Source of the DNA: Gomphosphaeria aponina SAG 52.96 = DSM 107014
GTDB taxonomy: Bacteria > Cyanobacteriota > Cyanobacteriia > Cyanobacteriales > Gomphosphaeriaceae
Length of the DNA: 64,000 nucleotides
Reading direction: 5' to 3'
Assembly: GCA_016903655.1 (NCBI GenBank)
Contig: JADQBC010000001.1
Coordinates: forward strand, 13,371-77,370
Shown here: positions 20,567 through 31,303 of the stretch, piece by piece
Layout: every line of letters starts with the position of its first letter
Numbering within the stretch: position 1 is the stretch's first letter
Made by a program: the position numbers and the translations under genes
Notes under the pieces: model-generated
Seen by the model: only the letters and a program-made list of their open reading frames with translations
What the model was told of the DNA's origin: nothing
Database searches by the model: none

Positions 20567-21973
20567 CTAGGGATTATTTTTGGGTAAATCAATAAAAACC
20601 CGTTCTCCTGCAGTCAACCCCTCAATAATTTGGGTTTGATTATCTAAACTAGAGCCAATAGTCACGGGCTTAAATTCTGGTTGATTATTTTCAGCGGGAA
20701 CCATTACCCCAGTTTTACCTTTTTCCGTGACAATGGCAACAGTGGGAACCACCAAAGCATCTTTAATTTCCTTGCCCAAAAAAGTCACGTCAACATTCAT
20801 TTTAGAACGGAGTAGATCCTCTCCTGATAATAACTCAATTGTGACCTCAAAAGAGGTAACATTATTCTCAACTACTGCTTCTGGGGCAATGCGTTTTACT
20901 CTCCCTTCAAAGAGCACATCTGGATAAGCATCAGCTACAATTTCTACTCGTTGATCTTGTTGTAATTGACCCAGATCTACTTCTGGTACTTTTGCCACAA
21001 CTTCTAATCCTTGAGCGATCGCTAATATAGATGTGGAAGTAGCCGAAGCAGTACTAGAAGCGGAAGTGGTGGGGGTCACAAAAGCCCCTTCTGTGGCATA
21101 TTTTTGAGTAATAATTCCTGCAAAAGGCGCTTTAATAATAGTATCGCGATATTGCACCTCAATATTTTCTAGTTGAGCCTCAGCAGCGGCTACGGTCGCT
21201 TTTTTACCATTAATTTCTGCCAATTTGCTCTGTTGTAACTGCTCAAAATTAGTTTGAGATTCAGCCACAGCGGCTTCTAACTGGGCTAACTCAGGGCGTT
21301 GGGTACTTTTTACTTCGGCAAAACGCTCCTGCACTTCCAACAGACTCGCCTCAGCATTGCGCAATTCATTGACAATTTCATCAAAACGGTCTTGCGCTAT
21401 AGCTCCCTCATTTAATAAATATTGATTGCGCTCTTTTCGCTCTTGAGCTAGTTGCCAGCGTGATTCAGCAGAACCCAGTTGTGCTTCTACCTGCTGGATA
21501 TTAGAAGGTACACTTTCCTGGGCTTGTTTTAGGGTAGCTTGAGCTTGGGCTAAACGAAACTTGGCCTGTTGAATGTCTCCAGGAAGAGTAATTTGAGCCG
21601 CTTCCAGAGCAGCGATCGCCTCTTTAACATTAGCCTCAGCCTGGAGTTTTTGCGCCTGAAGCTGGTCATTTTCCATAATTGCTACAATTTGACCAGACTG
21701 GACATCATCTCCCTGTTCTACCAGTAATTCTTCGAGAATACCAGGATTTTTGGGGCTGATATTCACAGCTTGAATTGGCTCAACCGTACCACTAGCCTGA
21801 ATTTTCACTGCGAGATTTTCTTTAACGGCAGCAACAGTTAATTCTTCTACTGCTACATGAGAACGAGAACGGCTGACAGTAAAATAAGTAGTAGTCCCCA
21901 GAAATAATATTCCACCTGTCACTAGGCCTACCAGCCAGGGAAGGGAACGAGGAGATTTAGTAAAAATATCCAT
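20567..21973 (-). CDS. HlyD/DevB-type membrane-fusion (periplasmic adaptor) protein
   Basis: 468 aa with an N-terminal TM segment, a lipoyl-like hairpin, a long coiled coil (QAQKLQAEANVKEA...), and a beta-barrel C-terminus. Confidence 0.85.
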   Translation of the reverse strand: MDIFTKSPRSLPWLVGLVTGGILFLGTTTYFTVSRSRSHVAVEELTVAAVKENLAVKIQASGTVEPIQAVNISPKNPGILEELLVEQGDDVQSGQIVAIMENDQLQAQKLQAEANVKEAIAALEAAQITLPGDIQQAKFRLAQAQATLKQAQESVPSNIQQVEAQLGSAESRWQLAQERKERNQYLLNEGAIAQDRFDEIVNELRNAEASLLEVQERFAEVKSTQRPELAQLEAAVAESQTNFEQLQQSKLAEINGKKATVAAAEAQLENIEVQYRDTIIKAPFAGIITQKYATEGAFVTPTTSASSTASATSTSILAIAQGLEVVAKVPEVDLGQLQQDQRVEIVADAYPDVLFEGRVKRIAPEAVVENNVTSFEVTIELLSGEDLLRSKMNVDVTFLGKEIKDALVVPTVAIVTEKGKTGVMVPAENNQPEFKPVTIGSSLDNQTQIIEGLTAGERVFIDLPKNNP

Positions 21974-22097
21974 AAAAATTAGATTATTGATTTAATTAAA
22001 TCTTAACGAGACGGGGAAGAGTATGCAGGGTTGTGAATACCGAAAGTTAAAATAGAAACAGTAAAATAATTTATCAGGTAAATTCAAGGCAAAATCT

Positions 22098-22967
22098 ATG
22101 CCCTTAAATAGAAATTGGTTAATTTCTCTTCTCGCTTGTACAGGAATATGGACAGTAGGACTTCCTGCTGATGGACAAGCATTGATTCCCTATACTCCCC
22201 AATTAGACTCGGAGCAACTCGATGAACAAGGGCTATTCTTGCTCCAAGAGGCGATTGAATTGTTACAGTTTGGGGAATATGAACCAGCATTATCGCGAGC
22301 TAAACTAGCAACACAACTAGCTCCTCAACGTTTCCAAACCTGGTTTATTTTGGGGAACTTGTATCTTCAAGAGGAGGAAATAGAGAAAAGCATAGAGACA
22401 TTAAAACAGGCCCAGTCTCTGGCTCCTGATGAAGCACAAATAGCTTTTTCTTTGGGTAATGCTTATTTGCGGAATGGGGACTATGAAGCAGCTAAAGGCG
22501 AGTTGGAAAAAGGGTTGAGTTTAGCTCCAGATGTACCAGCAGCTTTGTTTGATTTAGGAAATGTCCACTTAATGCTGCAAGAAGAGCAAGCGGCGATCGC
22601 TGCTTATGAAAAAGCAGTTAAACTCGAGGCTAGTTTCTGGCCTGCGATTAACAATATTGGGCTGGTCAAATATGAACAGGGAGATGTAGCGGGGGCAATA
22701 GTTGAATGGGAAGCAGCATTAGAGATAGATGAGGAACAACCAGAACCCAAATTGGCGCTCGCTGTGGCTTTGTATTCTCAAGGTGACACAGAAAAGGCTT
22801 TTGATTTAGCAGCAACTGCAATGTTGAGCGATAGTCGCTATGCTGACTTAGAGTTTCTCAAAGAAAACCTCTGGGGCAGTAATTTATTAAAGGATACCCA
22901 GACTTTGCTCTCTACTCCCCAGATGCAGGCTATTATTGCTGAACTTCCGCCGCCTGTTGAGCAGTGA
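22098..22967 (+). CDS. TPR repeat protein
   Basis: 289 aa with a signal-like N-terminus and several 34-aa TPR units (AxxxLGNAYLRNGDYEAA...). Confidence 0.85.
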   Translation: MPLNRNWLISLLACTGIWTVGLPADGQALIPYTPQLDSEQLDEQGLFLLQEAIELLQFGEYEPALSRAKLATQLAPQRFQTWFILGNLYLQEEEIEKSIETLKQAQSLAPDEAQIAFSLGNAYLRNGDYEAAKGELEKGLSLAPDVPAALFDLGNVHLMLQEEQAAIAAYEKAVKLEASFWPAINNIGLVKYEQGDVAGAIVEWEAALEIDEEQPEPKLALAVALYSQGDTEKAFDLAATAMLSDSRYADLEFLKENLWGSNLLKDTQTLLSTPQMQAIIAELPPPVEQ

Positions 22968-23181
22968 TTCTTTTTTTGTTACGGGTGAAGAGGATATTTT
23001 TCTCGGTTTTTTGTTTTCAACTATATATATATATATGCCCCATCTTTTCCCATTGTCAGGCTAACATCCAAGGGGTATTTTTGTCAATACCTGGGGGAAA
23101 TTTTTTTGGGGTCAGGTAGAGCGGTTTGTAAGGATTGATTTGGTTAGAATAAGATTAGTTGGCACAATTTTTGTTGAAATA

Positions 23182-24525
23182 ATGGCATTATCAAATTCAT
23201 CTTTAATCAAAATTGCTACATTGGTGCAACCTTTCCGTCGCTTAATTGGAATAGTAGCAGATTTACGTTTAGCAATTGTTTTGTTGCTGGCGATCGCTTT
23301 GTGTAGCATTAGTGGCACTGTAATTGAGCAGGGAGAGTCCCTGAAATTTTACCAAGCAAACTACCCAGAAGCTCCTGCTTTGTTTGGTTTTCTCAGTTGG
23401 AAAGTTCTCCTGGTGCTGGGATTAAATCATGTTTATAGTACTTGGTGGTTTTTAGCTTTACTGGTGTTGTTTGGGACAAGTCTTACTGCTTGTACTTTTA
23501 CGAGACAATTTCCTGCACTGAAAGCTGCTCGGAATTGGAAATTTTATGACAAACCTCGTCAGTTTGAAAAATTAGCTTTAAGTGCAGAATTAAATACTGG
23601 TTCTCTCTCTACTTTAATCCCTTTATTAGAAAGAAAAGGATATAAGGTTTTTCAAGAGGAAAACTCTCTTTATGCGCGGAAAGGAATTATTGGACGCATT
23701 GGCCCGATTGTTGTCCATGCTAGTATGTTAATTATTCTGGCAGGTTCAATTTGGGGAGTAATGACAGGATTTTTAGCTCAGGAAATGGTGCCGAGTGGGG
23801 ATAGTTTTCAAGTAAAAAATATCTTGGAAGCAGGGCCGTTAGCTCAAGGGCAAATTCCGCAAGATTGGTCAGTGAGAGTAAATCGGTTTTGGATAGAATA
23901 TACCCCAAAAGGTGATATTGATCAGTTTTATTCGGATTTATCTGTGATTAATAAAGCGGGGGAAGAGTTAAAACGGAAAACTATTTATGTGAATGAACCT
24001 TTACGGTATCAAGGGGTGACTTTGTATCAAACTAATTGGAGTATTGCTGCTGTTAAGGTACAATTAAATAATAGTCCGATTTTTACTCTCCCAATGGCAA
24101 AATTAGATACTCAAGGAAAAGGCAATATTTGGGGGACTTGGATACCAACAAAACCAGATTTAAGTGAGGGTGGTGCTTTGTTAGCTAGGGATTTACAGGG
24201 GACAATGTTGGTATATGATGCAACGGGAAAGTTGGTGGGTGCTGTCCGTCCTGGTATGACAACAGAAGTTAATGGTGTTCAGGTAAAAATTCACGATTTA
24301 ATTGGGAGTACTGGTTTGCAAATTAAGGCTGATCCAGGAGTACCAATAGTTTATACTGGTTTTGGATTATTAATGGTGGGAGTGGTGATGAGTTATGTGT
24401 CTCATGCTCAAGTTTGGGCACTGGAAGCAGGAGATCGGTTTTATCTTGGGGGACGCACAAACCGCGCTCAAGTTAGTATGGAAAAGGAAATGATGGCAAT
24501 ATTAGAACAGTTGGAGCATTGTTGA
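23182..24525 (+). CDS. ccs1: Cytochrome c biogenesis protein Ccs1/CcsB (ResB family)
   Basis: Matches the ResB-like pattern ([22 protein letters not shown]). I prefer the ATG at 23182 (MALSNSS...) over the track start at 23140. Confidence 0.85.
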   Translation: MALSNSSLIKIATLVQPFRRLIGIVADLRLAIVLLLAIALCSISGTVIEQGESLKFYQANYPEAPALFGFLSWKVLLVLGLNHVYSTWWFLALLVLFGTSLTACTFTRQFPALKAARNWKFYDKPRQFEKLALSAELNTGSLSTLIPLLERKGYKVFQEENSLYARKGIIGRIGPIVVHASMLIILAGSIWGVMTGFLAQEMVPSGDSFQVKNILEAGPLAQGQIPQDWSVRVNRFWIEYTPKGDIDQFYSDLSVINKAGEELKRKTIYVNEPLRYQGVTLYQTNWSIAAVKVQLNNSPIFTLPMAKLDTQGKGNIWGTWIPTKPDLSEGGALLARDLQGTMLVYDATGKLVGAVRPGMTTEVNGVQVKIHDLIGSTGLQIKADPGVPIVYTGFGLLMVGVVMSYVSHAQVWALEAGDRFYLGGRTNRAQVSMEKEMMAILEQLEHC

Positions 24526-24624
24526 TAGTTGATGGTTAACTGATAGAGGTAAAGATGGGTGGCAATCTGGATTAAAAGTATTTAAAAAATGTGATGGTGA
24601 GTAACAAGTTGGGAGAATTATATT

Positions 24625-24927
24625 ATGACAACTTTGACAGAAAATGAACTAAAAGAATTAAAAGATTTTCTCGAAGAACAGTTCAAACAAGTTAACAGCA
24701 AAACAGATAAACTATCAGAAGAGGTGAATGGGAAAATAGAAAAACTATCAGAAGAGGTGAATCATTTAAGAGTTGAAATTGCTATGCTAAAAGGAGAATT
24801 AACAGGGACAAATAAACGACTGGAAAACTTAGAATTTATTAATAGAACAACGTCGGTTGCAATCACTGCAACTTTACTAGCAGGAGTAGTAAAATTATTT
24901 TTCCCTAACTTCCCCAAGATGCCTTGA
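24625..24927 (+). CDS. Hypothetical coiled-coil protein with C-terminal TM anchor
   Basis: 100 aa with an internal duplication (KLSEEVNGKIEKLSEEVNH). Its 3' end overlaps convergent queF by 33 nt. Confidence 0.45.
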   Translation: MTTLTENELKELKDFLEEQFKQVNSKTDKLSEEVNGKIEKLSEEVNHLRVEIAMLKGELTGTNKRLENLEFINRTTSVAITATLLAGVVKLFFPNFPKMP

Positions 24928-25338
24928 GGCGGTGATCTGGTCTTTTTGGTGATGGACTTCGATGACTGTATGGACATTACCTCTGGGGGTAAAATCGCCT
25001 TTAATGGTTACTTCGAGTGGGTCGCAGGCGGCAACAAAATCATCTAGTATTTGATTGATAGATTCTTCGTGGGAAATATAGCGATCGCGATAACTGTTGA
25101 TATACAGTTTGATGGCTTTTAATTCTACTACCTTTTCATGGGGACAATAGGTAATGTGAATGGTAGCAAAGTCAGGATAACCAGAAAAGGGACATTTACA
25201 GGTAAATTCGGGCAGGGTAATATTAATATTATACTTTCTGCCAATACGAGGATTGGGAAAGGTAATTAATTCGCCTTCGGCAATGGCACGTTCGCCATAT
25301 TTAGTTGTGGTGTCGGAAGAAATAGTCATAAAAGGCAA
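24895..25338 (-). CDS. queF: NADPH-dependent 7-cyano-7-deazaguanine (preQ0) reductase
   Basis: Has the CPFSGYPDF catalytic-Cys segment and the ELKAIKLY QueF motif. Confidence 0.9.
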   Translation of the reverse strand: MPFMTISSDTTTKYGERAIAEGELITFPNPRIGRKYNINITLPEFTCKCPFSGYPDFATIHITYCPHEKVVELKAIKLYINSYRDRYISHEESINQILDDFVAACDPLEVTIKGDFTPRGNVHTVIEVHHQKDQITASRHLGEVREK

Positions 25339-25389
25339 GTATGGCTGGACTGAGTGTTTTTATTATAGGCGCTTTGGAGGCTCGGGCAC

Positions 25390-25525
25390 AAGAGTAGCGG
25401 AGTAGCGGAGCAACTGTAGGGGCCAGCGGGCGGGAAAATCTTTGTCATCACCCGCCCCCACCCGAGGAGCAGGGAGTAGGGAGTAGGGTTTGGGATTGGT
25501 TAAACTGGTTAGTAGGTTTAACGCC
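25390..25525. repeat. Composite R2 + inverted R1 repeat upstream of chlB
   Basis: ggccagcgggcgggaaaa...cacccgccccc, followed by gagcagggagtagggagtagggtttggg...ggtttaacgcc. Also contains (GTAGCGGA)x2. Confidence 0.5.
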
Positions 25526-25618
25526 ATATTAAGATTTTTTGCATTAAAGAAGATTTGGCTGGTTTAAGTAGGAAACTGAATGGGAGGAAGTAGGAGAATT
25601 TATTGGGAGAAAGTATTT

Positions 25619-27145
25619 ATGAAATTGGCTTACTGGATGTATGCAGGCCCAGCTCACATTGGTACTCTAAGAATTGCCAGTTCTTTTAAAAATGTCCACG
25701 CCATTATGCACGCTCCTCTGGGAGATGATTATTTTAATGTCATGCGCTCGATGTTGGAGCGGGAACGGGACTTTACCCCAGTAACTGCTAGTATTGTTGA
25801 TCGCAATGTTCTCGCACGGGGTTCTCAGGAAAAGGTAGTTGATAATATTGTGCGCAAGGATAAGGAAGAAACCCCAGACTTGATTGTTTTGACTCCTACT
25901 TGTACTTCTAGTATTCTGCAAGAAGATTTGGAAAATTTTGTCAGTCGCGCGCAGTTGGAGTCTCGCTGTGATGTGCTGCTGGCGGATGTAAATCACTATC
26001 GGGTGAATGAGTTACAAGCAAGCGATCGCACTCTGGAGCAAATTGTTAAATTCTACCTTAATCAAGCTCGCAAACAGGAGACTTTAGCAGCAGGGAAAAC
26101 GGAAAAACCTTCGGTGAATATTATTGGGACTTCTACTCTGGGTTTCCATAACCAACATGATTGTATTGAGTTGCAGCGGTTAATGGGAGATTTGGGAATT
26201 GAGGTGAATGAAGTAATACCAGAAGGGGCTTTAGTAACTAACCTGAAAAACTTGCCTCGCGCTTGGTTTAACCTGGTTCCCTATCGGGAAGTTGGTTTGA
26301 TGGCGGCTAATTACTTAAAAGAAGAGTTTGGTACTCCCTATGTAGATATAACGCCGATGGGTGTGGTGGAAACGGCTCGTTGTATTCGGAAAATTCAAGA
26401 TTGTTTAAATGAACAGGGAGCAAATGTTGATTATGAAGCATATATAAATAATCAAACTCTCTATGTTTCCCAAGCTGCTTGGTTTTCTCGCTCTATTGAC
26501 TGCCAAAATTTGACTGGGAAAAAAGCGGTAGTATTTGGGGATAATACCCATGCAGCGGCAATGACCAAGATTTTAGCCAGGGAGATGGGGATTCATGTGG
26601 TATTAGCTGGGACTTATTGTAAGTATGATGGGGACTGGTTTAAAGAGCAGGTGAGCGAATACTGTGATGAGGTGCTAATTAGTGAAGATAATGGAGAAAT
26701 AGGGGATGCGATCGCCAGAATTGAACCAGCGGCGATTTTTGGCACGCAAATGGAGCGCCATGTGGGTAAGCGGTTGAATATTCCTTGCGGAGTTATTGCT
26801 GCACCTATTCATATCCAAAATTTCCCCATTGGTTATAAACCTTTTTTGGGTTATGAAGGGACGAATCAAATTGCAGATTTGGTGTATAATTCCTTTACTT
26901 TGGGGATGGAAGATCACCTTTTAGAAATCTTTGGGGGACATGATACTAAAGAAGTGATTCATAAAGGGATTTCTGCTGATTCTGATTTAAGTTGGACTAA
27001 AGAAGCACAAGGAGAATTAAAAAAAATTCCTGGTTTTGTGCGGGGGAAAGTGAAGCGGAATACGGAAAAATTTGCCCGCGATCGCAATCTGAATGAAATT
27101 ACGATAGAAGTAATGTATGCCGCTAAAGAAGCTGTAGGCGCATAA
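25619..27145 (+). CDS. chlB: Light-independent protochlorophyllide reductase subunit B
   Basis: Canonical N-terminus [18 protein letters not shown] at 25619. The track ORF starts 39 nt earlier. Confidence 0.95.
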   Translation: MKLAYWMYAGPAHIGTLRIASSFKNVHAIMHAPLGDDYFNVMRSMLERERDFTPVTASIVDRNVLARGSQEKVVDNIVRKDKEETPDLIVLTPTCTSSILQEDLENFVSRAQLESRCDVLLADVNHYRVNELQASDRTLEQIVKFYLNQARKQETLAAGKTEKPSVNIIGTSTLGFHNQHDCIELQRLMGDLGIEVNEVIPEGALVTNLKNLPRAWFNLVPYREVGLMAANYLKEEFGTPYVDITPMGVVETARCIRKIQDCLNEQGANVDYEAYINNQTLYVSQAAWFSRSIDCQNLTGKKAVVFGDNTHAAAMTKILAREMGIHVVLAGTYCKYDGDWFKEQVSEYCDEVLISEDNGEIGDAIARIEPAAIFGTQMERHVGKRLNIPCGVIAAPIHIQNFPIGYKPFLGYEGTNQIADLVYNSFTLGMEDHLLEIFGGHDTKEVIHKGISADSDLSWTKEAQGELKKIPGFVRGKVKRNTEKFARDRNLNEITIEVMYAAKEAVGA

Positions 27146-27187
27146 ATCAGTTATCAAGGGCGGGAAAGGGGATAACTTGAGTTACAA

Positions 27188-28441
27188 ATGAATAACTTGG
27201 CTCTGGCTAACCCGCCCACACAAAGAACAAATAACCATATTAGGAAAATGAATTCAATAGCACCTCATAAAAAAGCTAAAGCTTTAAAAAAAAGTAGTCG
27301 TCGCCCAGCCAAAGAATTATGCAGTGAGTGTGGACTTTGCGACACCTATTATATCCATTATGTGAAAGAAGCTTGCGCTTTTCTCAATCAACAAATTGCG
27401 GAATTAGAAGCAGAAGCTCATGGGCGAAGTCGCAATTTAGAAAACCAAGATGATTTATATTTTGGTGTGCATCAAGAAATGATGGCGGCGAAGAAAAAAC
27501 AACCAATTGCAGGGGCACAGTGGACTGGTATAGTAAGTACTATCGCCTGTGAAATGTTGGAAAAAGGAATAGTAGAAGGAGTGGTTTGTGTCCAAAATAC
27601 TAAAGAAGATCGTTTTGGGCCAATGCCAGTAATTGCGAGAACTCCAGAAGAAGTATTAGCGGCAAAAGTGAATAAACCTACCCTTTCTCCCAACCTGTCT
27701 GTATTAGAAGAAATCGAAAAATCTGGGTTAAAAAAACTGTTAGTAATTGGGGTGGGTTGTCAAATTCAAGCATTACGGACGGTGGAAAAAGAATTAGGTT
27801 TAGAAAAGCTCTATGTTTTGGGAACACCCTGTGTGGATAATGTGACTAGGGAAGGGTTGCAAAAATTCCTAGAAACCACCAGTAAGTCACCAGAAACAGT
27901 GGTGCATTATGAGTTTATGCAGGATTATAGAGTGCATTTTAAACATACAGATGGCTCAACAGAAACAGTGCCTTTTTTTGGGTTAAAAACCAATCAACTT
28001 AAAGATGTTTTTGCTCCATCTTGTATGAGTTGTTTTGACTATGTTAACTCATTGGCAGATTTGGTTGTGGGTTATATGGGCGCGCCTTTTGGTTGGCAAT
28101 GGTTGGTGGTGAGAAATGAGACTGGGAGGGAAATGCTGGAGTTAGTAAAAGAGGAATTAGATACTCAACCAGTCATGTCTAAAGGGGATAGAAAACAAGC
28201 GGTACAACAGAGTATTCCTGCTTATGATCAAGGGGTAACTTTGCCGATGTGGGCAGCAAAAATGATGGGAGTAGTGATTGAGAAAATTGGACCGAAAGGT
28301 TTAGAATATGCCCGTTTTTCCATTGATTCTCACTTTACTCGTAATTATTTGTATGTTAAACGGAATTATCCAGAAAAATTAGAGGCTCATGTACCAGCAT
28401 ATGCCAAGGCCATTGTTGGGCAGTATAAGTTACCTGAATAA
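27188..28441 (+). CDS. bciB: FrhB-family Fe-S flavoprotein, probably ferredoxin-dependent 8-vinyl (divinyl chlorophyllide) reductase
   Basis: F420-hydrogenase beta-like (CSECGLCDTYY, GVGCQIQALR, GTPCVDN). It lies adjacent to chlB. Cyanobacterial Slr1923-type BciB belongs to this family. The start may be the ATG at 27248. Confidence 0.6.
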   Translation: MNNLALANPPTQRTNNHIRKMNSIAPHKKAKALKKSSRRPAKELCSECGLCDTYYIHYVKEACAFLNQQIAELEAEAHGRSRNLENQDDLYFGVHQEMMAAKKKQPIAGAQWTGIVSTIACEMLEKGIVEGVVCVQNTKEDRFGPMPVIARTPEEVLAAKVNKPTLSPNLSVLEEIEKSGLKKLLVIGVGCQIQALRTVEKELGLEKLYVLGTPCVDNVTREGLQKFLETTSKSPETVVHYEFMQDYRVHFKHTDGSTETVPFFGLKTNQLKDVFAPSCMSCFDYVNSLADLVVGYMGAPFGWQWLVVRNETGREMLELVKEELDTQPVMSKGDRKQAVQQSIPAYDQGVTLPMWAAKMMGVVIEKIGPKGLEYARFSIDSHFTRNYLYVKRNYPEKLEAHVPAYAKAIVGQYKLPE

Positions 28442-28616
28442 ATAGTGGCACGGGCATCTTGCCTGTGCAGAAATTAAAATATATATTTAAGAAAAAAAGA
28501 AGGAAGACTTAATAAGAAGGCGATCGCTACATCAAGGGAAAATATTTAACTTTTGCTATACTGAGAATAAATATTTTTCAATTTATTCAGTCAACCTGTT
28601 TAAATTCATAGACACC

Positions 28617-28943
28617 ATGATGACCTTACCATCAGAGTTACAAAAAAGTTTTAATCAAACATTAAACGAATATGAGGAGGAAAGAAAAATGCCTTTTTTA
28701 AGCACTATGGAAAAAATGGCCATTGAAAGAGGAAAAGAAAGCGGCGCTAAAGAAAATTGTCAAAAAAACATCTGTCAAATCCTAGAAAAACGATTTGGTA
28801 AACTCAGTAAAGATTTGGTTAAGCAAATTAATCAAATTGAAGAACTTAATGTTTTAGAGCAATTGCATTTAGAAACAATTAGCGTTAATTCTGTGGCGGA
28901 TTTTCAAACTTTAATTGAACCCCATTTAAAGAGTGAAAATTAG
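28617..28943 (+). CDS. Small DUF4351-like protein
   Basis: The C-terminal half (ILEKRFGKLSKDLVKQINQIEELNVLEQLHLETISVNSVADFQTLI) resembles the DUF4351 tail of Rpn/YhgA-like proteins. From memory only. Confidence 0.4.
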   Translation: MMTLPSELQKSFNQTLNEYEEERKMPFLSTMEKMAIERGKESGAKENCQKNICQILEKRFGKLSKDLVKQINQIEELNVLEQLHLETISVNSVADFQTLIEPHLKSEN

Positions 28944-28971
28944 CTATAATCCATATCTCATTTTTGAATTT

Positions 28972-28994
28972 ACAAGGGGGCTACCGCCCCTTGT
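28972..28994. terminator. Hairpin between convergent genes
   Basis: ACAAGGGG gctaccg CCCCTTGT, between the DUF4351-like (+) and CHAT-CHASE2 (-) stops. Confidence 0.4.
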
Positions 28995-29013
28995 CTGCAT
29001 TAATTTTACTTAC

Positions 29014-31293
29014 CTACTTATAAATTAACTTTGGCGGAGCAGCAATAATGATAGTTGTTGCGCCTAATGCTAAGGCTGGGGGAATTAGGGGTATCCATCC
29101 CCCAGATATACTAAAAATTAACCAACAACTCACACCCAGTCCCCCAAAAATAATAACTTGAGCAAGAATAAAGCTCTGTGAATCGCGAATATAATAAGCA
29201 AGAATACCACCCATCATCGACCACCCTAAAATCCAAAGTAACTCAATTTGCACAGGCCACCACCAAATTGCTGGTTGAGAGTCAACCCCAACACTAATAA
29301 TTTGACTAATCATTTGTGCTTGCAAAAAAACTCCTGGTATTTCATCACCGTAGGGAGTAAGAAAATAATCATCAAATTTTTCTCCCTGAGCCGTAACCCC
29401 AATAATAACAATAGGATATTTACCACTAATTCCCTGAGTTAAAACATCTTTGAGAGAAACTGAAGCAGCAATGTCAGTAGTTTTTTCAACATAACGGTAA
29501 TTAAGTATTGTTTGGCTACCCCGAGAGTCTATTCCTTGATAACCTCCAGCGTGTTTAGTTAGTTTTGGTAGCAAATTAGAGCCAATTTTCCAGCCTTTAT
29601 CTGTCTCCTCAAAGTCTATCCCTAAATTATTGAGGTAATAAAAGGCAATTAAAGAGTTAAAAGCTAAATCAGTTTTACAAGTATCACCTGCTTGTGGAAT
29701 CATACTCATCAGATGGCGACGCACCACCCGATCCGAGTCCATTATTACATCACTAAAACCCCAAAAATCTGGGGAAATATCTTTGGGTGGTTGGGTATCC
29801 TGCCCTTGAGGAGAATTGGTTTTGCACATGACATAAAAAGGATAATTTTGGTTCAGGCGATCGCTTATTCCCTGAGCAAAATCATGTTGATGATAGATAT
29901 TCAAACCAATTACTTCTGGGTTAACTTTTGCCAACTCATCCAACAACCGACTCAAAGCTTCATCTGTTAAAGAACCCCCTGTTTTTCTCGGCCAATTTTG
30001 TTCTGTTTGATAGGCAATATCCTCATCATCAATAGTCACAACTAAAATCCGTTCATCCTGAACCATCGAAGAGTGAGAACGCCATTGCATCATAGTATCA
30101 AAAGCTGATAATTCCAACCCTTGAAGCAAACCCAAATATCTAATTATCCCCACCACTCCTGTACAAACCAAGCTAGTTAAAACCCCATTAACTAAACCCC
30201 GTTTGTTCATTGGTCCTGCCAAAAAATCCTGCCAATTTGGGGGAATCACACCAGGATTTTGGTAAATTACTGGCAATAAAGTTGCACCAGGTAATCTCTC
30301 ATTCCAGCCATCATCCTCCAGTTTTTTCCTCGCTTTTTTGACAGCAAGATATAAAGAATCACCCTTAGTAAAAAAACCCAGAAAAGACTTAAGAAACTCC
30401 TGAGCCACTAAATCTGGCACAGGTTCAGCCATCACAATAACTTCAGGAATATTTAATCTTTCCAATTCCCAAGCCAAACCCAAACCATCACAGGAGTTAA
30501 AAATTGCTATTTGCAATCCTTGATTAATCGCTTCTTCCAATCCATTTTGCACCTCTGCTACTGTCAACTTCTCAGTTTTATTAATATAAATTACCCCTTT
30601 ATCTTTTTTAGTGCTACTGTGACCAGCAAAAAAGATCATATCCCACTGTTGCTGCCACAATTTTTTACTAATTTCCCCGCGGGTTGGTTCTACCAAGAAG
30701 ACTACTTCCGCATCGGGTAACTGCTTTAAATAAAGCTGATCTTTCTTTACATCAATTCCAGTACTATCCCCAATTATAGCTAGTATTTTAACTTTCTTTT
30801 TCTTAGTCTTTACTGGTGGAGGAGCTTTGAAACAAACTGGACTAATAGCAGGATAAGCATTATTATACTCTGTAAAAAAATGCCACGAATGCCAGGGAAG
30901 CTTTCTAATATCATTGGTAGTTTTAATCAAAAAACGAACCTGATCTTCCTGGTTAAGATGAGTCCGCAATTGGTCATTAATGTCAGTAAACCCAGGAGAT
31001 TTAAGCCAATCATGGAAACTGTCTGTCAATTTCTCAAGCGAGCTACTGCACTGATCAATAATCTCATCTCCTGCATAATTAGTTGATTGTCCTGAAGGCC
31101 CACCAAGTCGAGAATTAACATTTATTTTATGATAAAATGTTCGCCAACTTTCGTGATTTTTCATAACCACTTCATTGGCGGGTAAACTTCCTGTAATTTC
31201 TAGTTTAGCTCTATGACCTTCATCACCAATTTCCAGCGTCACTTGAAAACCCAGATCACTCTCATCAATTTGTAAAACAACTAACTTATCCAT
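29014..31293 (-). CDS. Membrane protein: N-terminal CHAT (caspase-fold) protease domain + TM + periplasmic CHASE2 sensor + 3 C-terminal TM helices
   Basis: CHAT His/Cys dyad context (MIFFAGHSS ... IAIFNSCDG). CHASE2 hallmarks are present (ILVVTIDDEDI...NWP...VIGLNIY, GFSDVIMDSDRVVRRH, IVIIGVTAQ...TPYG..IPGVFLQAQMISQI). I prefer the ATG at 31293 (MDKLVVLQID), which is preceded by GAGG. Confidence 0.8.
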   Translation of the reverse strand: MDKLVVLQIDESDLGFQVTLEIGDEGHRAKLEITGSLPANEVVMKNHESWRTFYHKINVNSRLGGPSGQSTNYAGDEIIDQCSSSLEKLTDSFHDWLKSPGFTDINDQLRTHLNQEDQVRFLIKTTNDIRKLPWHSWHFFTEYNNAYPAISPVCFKAPPPVKTKKKKVKILAIIGDSTGIDVKKDQLYLKQLPDAEVVFLVEPTRGEISKKLWQQQWDMIFFAGHSSTKKDKGVIYINKTEKLTVAEVQNGLEEAINQGLQIAIFNSCDGLGLAWELERLNIPEVIVMAEPVPDLVAQEFLKSFLGFFTKGDSLYLAVKKARKKLEDDGWNERLPGATLLPVIYQNPGVIPPNWQDFLAGPMNKRGLVNGVLTSLVCTGVVGIIRYLGLLQGLELSAFDTMMQWRSHSSMVQDERILVVTIDDEDIAYQTEQNWPRKTGGSLTDEALSRLLDELAKVNPEVIGLNIYHQHDFAQGISDRLNQNYPFYVMCKTNSPQGQDTQPPKDISPDFWGFSDVIMDSDRVVRRHLMSMIPQAGDTCKTDLAFNSLIAFYYLNNLGIDFEETDKGWKIGSNLLPKLTKHAGGYQGIDSRGSQTILNYRYVEKTTDIAASVSLKDVLTQGISGKYPIVIIGVTAQGEKFDDYFLTPYGDEIPGVFLQAQMISQIISVGVDSQPAIWWWPVQIELLWILGWSMMGGILAYYIRDSQSFILAQVIIFGGLGVSCWLIFSISGGWIPLIPPALALGATTIIIAAPPKLIYK

Positions 31294-31303
31294 CTTCTTC
31301 CCC

